Source of the DNA: Paraspadella gotoi
Taxonomy: Eukaryota > Animalia > Chaetognatha
NCBI GenBank assembly: GCA_051294375.1
Contig: CM119271.1
Coordinates: forward strand, 13,953,739-14,017,738
Direction: 5' to 3'
DNA length: 64,000 nucleotides
Part shown: positions 39,824 through 50,617 of the stretch, piece after piece
How positions within the stretch are numbered: position 1 is the first letter of the stretch
Layout of the letters: each line of letters begins with the position of its first letter
Notes under the pieces: model-generated
The model's input: only the letters and a program-made list of their open reading frames with translations
Told to the model about the DNA's origin: nothing
The model's database searches: none
Position numbers and translations under genes: made by a program

Positions 39824-42800
39824 ATGCGACAACGGTCAAACAGCGGAGTGCGGCTGGAGCAGCACGCGCGGCTGCTGGAGAAGACGATCCTCGTTCATCA
39901 ACATCCGGTGACGGGATTGTTTCCTCCGACTCCGTCGCACAAACATGCTTGGATCAGGGACAACGTCTACATCACTTTGTCCATCTGGGCTCTGGCGTTG
40001 GCCTACAAGAAATACGCAGGTCGGATCAAGTCTTATAACTCTTTCCCTTTAAAAACTTACTTAAGCCTTATTTCCCCACAGGATATGAAGACAGAATGCG
40101 CGGTTATTTCGAGTTGGAAAAGTCAGTCGTTCGCGCAATGAGGTGTTAGTCCTTTCATTTCTTCATTCCTCTCCACATTTTCCACATTTCGACTGCATTG
40201 CACACATTATCTAATATCTATCAACTCACCAGGGGCCTCCTCCAATCGATGATGGGTCAGCGGGAGAAGTTGGAGCGGTTCAAGCGAACCCAGAGTCCCA
40301 GCGACGCCATCCACGCCAAGTTCTGCGTCGACACGGGGTTTCCCGCCCACGGAGATCGAGAGTGGGGACATCTGCAGATCGACGCCGTCTCGTTGTATCT
40401 CCTCATTTTGGCGCAGGTGGTGCCTTTGGGAGGTGGGAAAGTTTAGTTATACTGAATCTCATTTCCTGTATTTCTTCAGATCACCGTCTCTGGCATCACG
40501 GTGGTGTGGACGACGGACGAGGTGAGCTTCGTGCAAAACCTCGTCTTCTACATCGAATCCGCCTACCGCATCCCCGACTACGGCATCTGGGAACGCGGAG
40601 ACAAGATGAACAATGGGGTCACGGAACTAAACGCCTCCTCCATCGGGATGGCCAAGGCCGCCTTGGAGGCCATCGACCAGGTTTGATCATTTACATATTA
40701 CGTATGTGGAATAATAGATCGATACGTTTTCAACTTTATCGTTCAAGGTGAACCTTTTCGGCGCCCGCGGCGGCCCCACCTCAGTCATACACGCCTTACC
40801 CGACGAGTCGCAGCAATGCGACGCCATGCTCAGCAACATGCTGCCCAGAGAATCCAATTCCAAGGGTGAGTGATAGAAACACGTTGTGGGTCGCTTGGGC
40901 CTTATTGTAAAATCATCGCGACGGCTTCAGAAACGGACGCGGCGTTGCTGATGGTCATCGGTTATCCGGCATTTGCAGTCAGCGACGTCGACGTCATCGA
41001 CTTGACCAAAACCACAATCGTATCCAAGTTGGAAGGAAGATACGGATTCTCGCGGTTCCTCAGGTTGGAATTAATTTTTTGTAGATTTGCATATTGCAGC
41101 AATAAAATGCATTTAATGTAACTCTGTTAGACCATTAATGGATTTGTGTAAAATTTAATGGGTTAAATATACCTAAAAATAGTAAAAGATCTTTTTGCAT
41201 TATAAAAGAATTACAATGGTTTTTGCTTATTTATATAGAACAGATTATGAAATCTTGGCATTGGCTGAATAACTCTACTTTCTCTTGCTTTCCCTTTTTC
41301 ACTTTAACCAGAGACGGATTCGGAACCGTGTTGGAGGACAAGAACCGCCTCCACTACGAGTCGTGGGAGCTGAAGACCTTCGAGCGAATCGAGTCGGACT
41401 GGCCGCTCTTCTGGGCGGTCATGCTGCTCAACGGATTTTTCATGGAGGACGCCGTGAGTTAGATTCTGTGTTGACCAAAAATTGAATTGATTTTAAAAAT
41501 AAATGGACAGACATTTTCCTTTTGTGCAGAGCGAGGTGAGCAAGTACTGGGATCTCCTCGCCAACGTCCTCGTCAGCACCCCGGACGGCGCCGTCATGCC
41601 CGAGATCTACGTCGTCCAGCGCGAGAACATCGAGGAGGAGAAGAAGAAACCCAAGACGACGGCGAGGAAGGCGACGGGAAAGTTGCCGCATCTCTGGGGG
41701 CAGAGCCTCTTCATCGTGGCCGGCCTTTTGAAGGAAAGGTTCATCTCGCCCGGTGAGTCGAGAGTTATGATTAGACTAGACTATACTAGACTATTATGTT
41801 TAGACTATCCGAACTTCAGTTATATTTAGAATATTATTTGGAATATTATAAGGCGAATTGGATCCTCTCAACCGTCGCCTCATCTCCGCTAAGAATCCAG
41901 ACATCACCGTCCAAGTCTCGGTTCTCGCCAAAAACGAGGCCATCCGAGAGCTGCTGGAGAATAGCGGGTTTCCAGTCGAAACGGTCGCAGAGGTGGCGCT
42001 CAACACCGGCGTCAACGTCCTCTCTTCGCAGAGGCTCTCGGTTAGGGAAACTTATATTAAATTCTTCAATATTTTTTTGGATATTGTATATTTTTAAGTA
42101 AGTTCGATTCCTGAAACTTTTCCCCTAGCTTCAACTTATTATAATAATTATTTGAGGCTATGGGTAAATTTGAGGTTAGTGGTGAAGCTACAGGGGATGA
42201 ACTTATTTGAAACGCTGCAACATGCAAATAAAATTAAAGAACTTAATAATTAGTAATTAAGGTCTCTATCCCCTTAGGACGTCTACTCCCACTTGGGCCG
42301 CAACGATCGACTCTCTTTCACGGGGCGGCCCACCTTCTCTCCCCTCGGCCTCATCGCCACGAGCAAGTTCTACTCTGTCAAGTCGCGTCTCTTCGCCTTC
42401 AGCCCCCAACTCCTCGACCACGAGTCTTTCTATCTCGCCGCCGACGCTCCCTTGTGCGTCGATTCTTTTCTCTCCAAGATCGATCAGGTGAGAGGAAAGA
42501 TGGGTTGACAATTGCTGAATTTTTCTGTAAACAAAGAAACATGACAAACAAATAGTTATGGGAAAGGTTGTAAAAAACTGTTGGTATTTCACTAAAAAAA
42601 GGGGATTTAAAGAGCACGAATGAGTCAATCAAGCGATTCCGTCCACATAAGGCGGCAGTTTGAAGGCGAGCAGGTCGCCACTCTCGCGTTGAAGACAGAC
42701 CAAGAGTATTCCGAAGAAGTTCTTGGTAGTTTTATCGAGGTCAAGGCCCGCGAACGTTGCTTGGTGTTTGGATTAGAATATTTACTCGATCAAATTGGAA

Positions 42801-45681
42801 GATTCTGGAGAAAAAAAAATATTTAGCAATGTATAAATAAGTAAATAATTTATTTAGCTAGCCTTGGAGTGGGGAACGCGAGTGGGCCGACCGACCATCG
42901 TCTTCGTTGTCGACGAGATGATGATTCAACCAAAGGAAGAAGATGGAGAAAGAAGGTTAGTTTATTTTAGTCTCTTAGTTGAAACTTTAGTTAATTTAAT
43001 GAGTTAATGGTTAACAGATCGCCGGGTTCATCAGATTTCGATCCTTCGCTCGATTTCGTTCTCCACCCTCTCCTCATCGCCACCATGAGAAAATTGCGCG
43101 CCGGATTCGTTTCTCGCGCCAGGTGAAGGGGGCGAGGCGCGAAAAAAGGGAGTGGTCTTTCAATTCGATTGGATAAGTTAGTAAAAAGCTTGCCAGGGTC
43201 CTGCTGTTTTTATCTTGTAAGAGTGATGGAGGCCTTAAACCACTAAAGCCTGTCCAAAGTCAGGGGCAAGATAGCTTATTTATTGAATGATTGGATAATT
43301 TTTATATTGGTTGTACTAATTTAATGAAAAAATATGAAAATTAAATCTTTCATTTTTTCAGAGTTCATTTGGATCAAGTGGCCGCTTTTCTCTCGACGGC
43401 CTGCGTGACAACTTGCACCTTCCTTTACGATTCCTCCGATCCGAGTCGAGACGTGGAGGAAGAAGTATTGGCCGATTTGTTGAAGGGAACACAGGTCTGA
43501 ACAATGCAATCAATCAATCAATCAATAAATCAATCAGTCAATCGAATCGTTTTTCCCCCGACAGGATATTCAACCAATTCTCCATCTTCCCTCGGCCGAA
43601 CTGAGTCGTCGCTGCTCCACCGACGAGAACCTCGAGTCGGACCCTTCATCTCGACTCGCTCCCGAACTCAACCTCGCGGGAATCATCAAAAAGAACAGGA
43701 GCAGCAACTGGACCAGGAACACTCTCGTCGTGGCGTCCCTCTCGTCCGTTCAGACTGGATTGGGTAATAATTAGTGGGCGTGGTCACAAAGATTGTGGTC
43801 GCATATTTGTTAATCTTTCATGCGTCTTAGTTTATTCGGCGCCGCCACCCGACGTCTTCGTCCAGGATTTGGACGGCGCCATTTCCCGATTGGACTCTGT
43901 GGTCGGCGGCGGAGATCGTCGTTCGGCGAGGCAGTCCTCGCCCTTGTCTATCGCCATTCCACCTTCAGGAGTGGCGCAGTCGTCTAGGTAGAAAAGATAG
44001 AGTATATTTAGAACGTCCAGTACAGCGGAGGCTCCCTTTTAAACATTTTTATATATTTCTTTTTCAGTCTCATTATTCCTCTTGTTTTTCACGATAGAAA
44101 TCTCAATCCGCAAATACATTTTCTGTTTTTCCTTCCAGCTTTCCCTCCCTCGCCTCCCCACGCTTTTCCGCCAATCTGGTGGAGCCGTCGTCCGAGTCGC
44201 TTCTCAGTCAGTCTCCGTCGACGAAGCGTCACTACGAACGGCGCAACGTGGAAATCGAGCATCAGTTCACCGAAGCCGAAGTCGTTCGCGCCGTCATGGA
44301 GACCAACGACGTCACGCAGCAGGCCGAATATCTGCACTATCTCGCCGTTACCAAGGGGCTAGAGGTGAATGTGCAAAGATTTAACTCCTTGATCTCATTT
44401 GAATATTGGAGTTTTGTTTTATATTTCCTGCTTAGATCCTGAGAGATCCAAATTTAATTTTTTAGACGAATTTAGAGTTGAGATTTCATCGATCAAATTT
44501 TTCTTTTAGTGGCGAACCGGCGAGAGCAGCGTGAGTGTGCAGGACCTACTTGGCGAACTCTACGAACGCGCCTGCGGCCTCAATCTCTGGTGGTTGGTGC
44601 GTCACACGTCGGGACTCCTCAGGAAGCGGGCCGAGGATTTGGGTGAGGATCCCAGTGCCGGTGGAACTGGAGAATTTTGGATTTTGATGGAATTTCTTGA
44701 ATTCAGGTCGCTGCGTTTCCTCCATCGTCGTGCGGCAAAAACAAGTCACAGTCGGTTACTCGAGAGACTTCGATCAGGTGCGAGATTTCGGAGAATATTT
44801 GGACCATCGATGAGAAGTCTTTGCTTACGAGAGTATAGGGGTCGCAAAGGAGGCATTTATCTCCCTGAAATAATGAAAAAAAAAGTCTAAGAAATACTTA
44901 AGAAAGAATATTAGAATAAACATATAATACTACAATATGCAAATGTGATTTGAGGAACTCGATCTCGTTTGAAATAAAAGTAACTCGGCTCCAACAGATT
45001 TTGTCTTTCCATTAAATTTAAGCCTCACGTAGAAAACGCGGGGTTCGGAGTGGAACGTCTCATTACCCGCCCTCTGCCGCCGAACGAGATTCTCAATTTG
45101 ATTTACGCGGCTTGCGGAGGCGACTTCTCTCTCGCCTCCCTCACCCAAGAAATCCTCATCTTTCTCGCCGTTCACATCGAGACACAACCCAAACTGTTCG
45201 TCCAGGTGCGCCCTCAAGGGGGAAAGGAAAGGGTTCTTTGGGATTTAACCTTTGGTTCTTTCTCCTTAAGATGCTTCGCATCCGGATCGGACTCATCATT
45301 CAGACGATGGTCGCCGAATTGGCCGTCGCCTTGTCCCACAATGATGCCCTATCGCCTCGGGGCTCTCGGGAAACTTTAACGGAAGTCTTACCAGCACAGG
45401 TAATGTGTTAGTGATGGGTAACAGATATTGTATCTCCCTGAGTCGTGGCTTCAAAATGGAGAATCTATCCATCCAACCATCCCTCCCTCCAATAATTATC
45501 GTTTCCATGTGTCTTGATTTAGTCTTCGGAGGAAGAAGCTTTGGAACATCTGCTCAACCTCAGTCCTTTGGAGGTGAAGACTCTTCTTTTCTACGTCCTA
45601 AGCGGGAAAGAATTCGGAGTCTCGGCACGACTGTCTGATCGCCATAGCCTTTCGTCCCACGAGATCGTTTCTATCATGGGT

Positions 45682-45730
<49 letters not shown>

Positions 45731-47053
45731 TCTCACCCCTCGCCCCTTTGCTCCAATTCAGCGCCGATGCAGGCGAAAAAAGCGGCGGCGACGAACTTAA
45801 CGAAGAAACTCTCTCGTCGCGGGAGTCAAGCCCACCTTCGCGTTTCCGGCGCGCCGACGCCGTCGGGGTCATCCACGGCGGCGTCGTCGCCTCGGGCGCC
45901 ACCTTCGGTCACGGAGGGATTCTTCCCGGGCGAAGGAGACGAAGAAGCCGTCGACGCTCTCGACATGCTGGACGATGGAGACGCTAAGAGGTAACGGGAA
46001 TGTGATCATTGTAACATTTTTGGCTTATATTGTATGTTATCACGAAAAAGAATCAGGGTTTTGAATTTGTATTATTTTTGGTCTTTGCTTGCCATAAGGA
46101 AAAAGGAAAGATTTAAAATAAAATTATGTTTTGAGAAAAAACACAATATTTCGAAGACTTCTGCCTTCATCAAAGGTGCAAATGTGAATGAGCTCTCTGA
46201 AAAACTAAGGACATAATCCGGATTTTGTTAAATTTTTATTTTTTTTTTCGTTTTATATTTCCTGTAGTACACTCTCTCTAGACAAGGTGACGTGACCATT
46301 TATCATACTGTTTTTTTTTTTTTTTTAATTCAAACGTAAAGTCAGTGGTTGGTAGTGCTTAATACTATTTTAAATTTATACTATTTAAAATATTTTTTTA
46401 TACTTCACAGGTTATTGTTTAATAGCAAGGGTTTGTTTTATTTCTACAATATGCAAATATGTTAATTAAATATTCGAATTCTTACCATCGATGCCCCGTT
46501 TTGTAGTAGTTATATCAAATATTAGTAATTAACTTTAAACGAGAAATAAGGTAAATAATTATTTATTTACAACAACGGTGATAATTATTAATTAAACTAA
46601 AAGCCGAAACATGTCCGATATTTATAATTATCACCGTTGTTGTAAATAAATAATTATTGACCCTATTTCTCGTCTAAACTTAAAACGAATTGAAAGAAAC
46701 TATATAATAGTAATTGATTATAATTAATTAATAATAAGTAATTAATTATATAATTATTGATTATAAATCATTAAGTTTTTTTTTAACATAACAAAAGGGA
46801 CGACGTTTTCAACGAAGAGGACGACGACGACGACGACTACCGCTTCGGTTTTTGGCTTCGTCGACGCCGCATCGACGGCGCCCTCAATCGCGTCCCCGTC
46901 GGATTCTACGAACGAATCTGGCGCCTCCTGGACGACCGACTTCGCGGCCCGAAAGGCCTGGCCATGATGGGCAATGTCATCGATTGCGGTCTGACTCAAG
47001 TGAGATGCCTTCTCGTATCCGGTATGTCCTTTTTCTTTTGCTTTTATTTAACT

Positions 47054-47131
<78 letters not shown>

Positions 47132-47610
47132 TCTTCCCCCCCCCAAGGAAATGACGGAGAGCGAGATGAACTTCGCTCTCGCCGTGGAGGAGCGGCTCAA
47201 CCAAATTCCTCAACCCGAGTTTCGCCAGTTGATCGTAGAGGCGCTGATGATCATCTCCTCCGTCGTGGAGAACGTCCCGCGCAGCGTCCCCAACTCCCTC
47301 GTCGGCGCCGTCGTCAACGTGGACCAGTTCATCCACAAAGCCAACGCCATCTTTTTAGAAGAGCAGGTCGGCTTTTGAAGCCAGAGGCGAAAGTTGTCGA
47401 TCCGTCTTAACTTACCCTCTCTCTTTTTTAACCTTTAATCAGAAACCTCCCCCGGGTTCTTTCTATTTGATGGAGGACGCCATCTGCGGAGTGAGTCGAT
47501 TCTTCTACGATCAAGCGCCGTCGGGTCAATTCGGCACCATGACTTACCTCACGCGCGCCGCCGTCCAATTGCTCCGCCTCCCGCGCGACATGGATTGCGC
47601 TCTGCAGTGA
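39824..47610 (+). CDS. PHKA: Phosphorylase kinase regulatory subunit alpha (PHKA1/2 type), more than 20 exons
   Basis: N-terminus [11 protein letters not shown] ([15 protein letters not shown]). Internal [32 protein letters not shown] and [15 protein letters not shown]. It ends GQFGTMTYL...CALQ*, a CaaX box like PHKA1 CAMQ. Confidence 0.93.
43217..43323 (+). repeat. Dispersed intronic repeat, copy 2 (PHKA intron)
   Basis: GATGGAGGCCTTAAAC...GGGCAAGATAGCTTATTTATTGAATGATTGGATAATTTTTATATTGG matches 8285-8377. Confidence 0.8.
45682..45727 (+). repeat. (GA)n microsatellite in a PHKA intron
   Basis: A GA run directly after the GT donor. Confidence 0.9.
46534..46678. mobile_element. MITE-like foldback element (~55-bp inverted arms) in the largest PHKA intron
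   Basis: TTTAAACGAGAAATAAGGTAAATAATTATTTATTTACAACAACGGTGATAATTAT pairs with ATAATTATCACCGTTGTTGTAAATAAATAATTATTGACCCTATTTCTCGTCTAAA with about 3 mismatches across a ~35-bp spacer. Confidence 0.65.
47056..47127 (+). repeat. (CT)n microsatellite in a PHKA intron
   Basis: A perfect CT run of about 70 bp. Confidence 0.95.
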
Positions 47611-48114
47611 TGATTAGACTGGAACTGGAAGTTGAGGAAAATATTTAAAGAAACAACGAAATATGTTTTCAACGGTTTTGACTGGTTAAGTCTCGATTCG
47701 ATTAGCTTCTTTTTACCAGAGCATTTTGGGCATTTTTACCTTTTTTTTCAAATTTTCAAATTTTCAAATGACTATTGGTTAATTCATGCTTTTTTCATTT
47801 CATTACTCGTTAGTTTGACTCGCCCGATATTTTTGCCCAATCTCGTCCATTTACGTAGCTTCGGAACCACAGCTCGGCTAGTCTGCAAAATTAACTTATT
47901 GTTCGCATTATCATCTTGTTCTATTTTTTCTTCCCATTCAATACGTTTAAACAGTTTAATTATTACTGGATTTCTATGATAATGCAACCTCGATGCAAGT
48001 TTGCAAGTTTATATATGCTACTTCATCACTCGATTCATTTACTATGCAATAGTATGCGTTACTTTTGAGGAGTCCCTTGGGGAGAAAAAAAAAACCTGCC
48101 CATTAAAAAAAAAA

Positions 48115-50237
48115 ATGTCGGAAACGATTTTGATCGAGAACGACGATGATGACGAGGAAATCGTCGTTTATCCTTCCTCAAATTACGACAAACGATCGGG
48201 ATTCGACGATAAAGACATTTTCGTCGCCGACGACGACGACGACGACGTGACATTCTCTCGGACGGCTTCGTCTTCCTCGCGTCCTCCCTCCCGCAACGTC
48301 TCCAACTCCCCCGACGCCGTTTCCATGAAGCGACGCATCGAGGAGCAATTGGGTCTGACGCGGACCAACCACTCCACCAGGTCGCGGGCGACGCGATCCA
48401 GCAGAGTGGAGCTCTTCGAACCGGAGACCCTCGTCGTGGAGGAAGAGGAGCCGAAAAAGAAGAGGAAGAGGAGGAAGAGTTATTCGTCTTCCTCTTCGTC
48501 GTCGTCGGATAGCGAAGCGTCGGACGGAGGAGCGGGATTCTCCGCCGCGGCGCTGCTGTCGACGAAGGAGGTAAGAGCGGGAAAAAGGCAGGGTAAGTAA
48601 GAATCCTGCGAATTGCTTCGCTTTCTTCCTCGAAAAGGCTCGGAAACTCGTGGCCAAAGTCAACGCGGGTCTCACCAGTCGCAAAAAAATCCCCACTCGA
48701 TCCGTCGATCTTTTCGCTCCGTGGCAGCTCAACAAGTATCTCCCTCCCCTGCAGCCGCAGATTCAAGACTTGAACTGCACGGAGAATCCGCCGCCCGTGC
48801 ATCCTTCGAAGAGGTGACTGGGTTCGGGATTATTCTAAACCTTCGAGTTCCCCCTCAACCTCTAGTCTTCCTCGTTACAGGAAGAAGATTCGCGTTCTCT
48901 CCCTCTTCGACGGGATCTCGACGGGGATCGTGGCGCTGAAGACCCTCGGCCTCGAGATCGGGTGCTACTTCGCCTCCGAAGTCGACGACTGCGCCGTTAA
49001 GTGCAGCAAGCGGAATCACCCGGAGATCGTGCAAGTCGGAGACGTTAGGAACATCACTGAAGAGGTCCTTTTATAAATCAATGAAGTACAAAAAAGGTTT
49101 TCTGTTGACCCAGTCTTTGTACGTAAAAGGTGGGAAAACAAAACCTTCACTTCCTGCCAATAATGAGAAAGTCAGCAAGAGAAGCTTACCAAAGTTTATC
49201 TCGCTTTCTCTGAACAAAATCTCGAAAATCGCAGTTACAAATGCTTAATTAAAATATAATTCTTCTACTCCACAATTATAACAGAGGGGGATATATCTGT
49301 ATGAGAATAAATTAATCTGCTACACAATTACGAGGATTCCTCCTTCATCACTTTCTCAGGACATCGTCGAGTGGGGTCCGTTCGACCTCCTGCTCGGCGG
49401 ATCGCCCTGCAACGACTTCTCCCGCGTTAACCCCCACCGCGAGGGATTCACCGGAAAGTGGGGCAAACTCTTCTTCGACTACGCGAGGATCCTCAACATT
49501 TGTCGGGCGAAACACGAGGAAGACCGCGAGACCACGACGCCATTTTACTGGCTCTTTGAGAACGTTAGCGAATCTTTATTAAGTTATGGGAATTTACCTA
49601 GAATTAACGTCAACTCGGCTCGCTATTTAAATGAATCAGGTTATCATGGACACCGAGGATCGCAATACGATATCCTTTTCCCTGGGATGCGATCCCGTCA
49701 AAATCGATGCCATGTACGTCTCACCAATGAAGAGGCCGCGGCTTTACTGGTCTAACATTCCGGGCATCGGTAGGGAAATGCAACCATGTTGGAAATTAAT
49801 GACTGCGTCCTAATTACGTCTTCATTTTTTACGCAGCTGATCCCGTGACGCCGAATCCGAAAGAAGATAAAATGACTCTTCAAGAATGCTTGGAACCCGG
49901 AAGAAAGGCCCGTGTCAAGCGGGTGGGTTGTATAACCACTCAATGGTCTAGTCAACAACAAGGAAAGTTCCTCCAGGACCCCGTGATGTTCATGGGCGAG
50001 CCCGACCGCTTGTGGATGGTGGAGATCGAACGATGTTTCGGATTTCCTGATCACTACACGGACGTCGCCAACCTTCATCCTGACAAACGGCTCGTGCTTC
50101 TCGGAATGGCCTGGAGCATTCCTTGCGTTCGCCATTTACTGGAGCCTCTTCGGCTTTATTTTCAGTCCGCCGGTTCGGCCAAGGCAGCGGCCAAAGCAGC
50201 GGCCAAGGCGGCCGAGCAGAAAGGGACGAAGGGGTAA
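48115..50237 (+). CDS. DNMT3: DNMT3-family C5 cytosine methyltransferase: catalytic domain with a short N-terminus; 6 exons
   Basis: Reads PPPVHPSKRKKIRVLSLFDGI, YFASEVD, VGDVR, WGPFDLLLGGSPCNDFSRVNP, PFYWLFENV, KRPRLYWSNIPG, LQECLEPGR, EIERCFGFPDHYTDV and WSIPCVRHLLEPL. All are colinear with the DNMT3A catalytic domain. Confidence 0.9.
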
Positions 50238-50617
50238 CCTGCTTGGCTTTTTTTTGTGTTTTTTTTTATAATTTGTTATAGCTATGGCGCGTTTTTTTCA
50301 CGACCATTATTTTTAGACGGATTGACTCATTTTAGTCATTCCAAAACTAAAAAGAAGTTTATCCGCATTCCGCAATTGACTTTAATCTGAAATTTTATCT
50401 TATTTAGGTAGAAATTATTTTGAGTGAATGTATATATATTTTTTTGAATGATCATGCTCTTAATTTTTTTATATTCGGTCTCTCATTTTTTAATATCATC
50501 ATTTAGCGCCAGTTCTTGTTCGAAAATCCACCTTTTTCAAATTCGTTTCGGTATGAGTTGCACCAAACTTTAATTTTTGCGGCAAAAAAAAAAACCCAAC
50601 TTATTGATCAAACAAAT

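Noticed and set aside
46268-46286. 19-nt microexon (CTGTAG|...|GTGA) in the long PHKA intron
   Set aside because: It is not frame-preserving alone, and the flanking exons join in frame without it.
48880-50237. Bacterial restriction-modification methylase or horizontal transfer
   Set aside because: It has spliceosomal introns and DNMT3-specific motifs (WGPFDLLLGGSPCND, FGFPDHYTDV).
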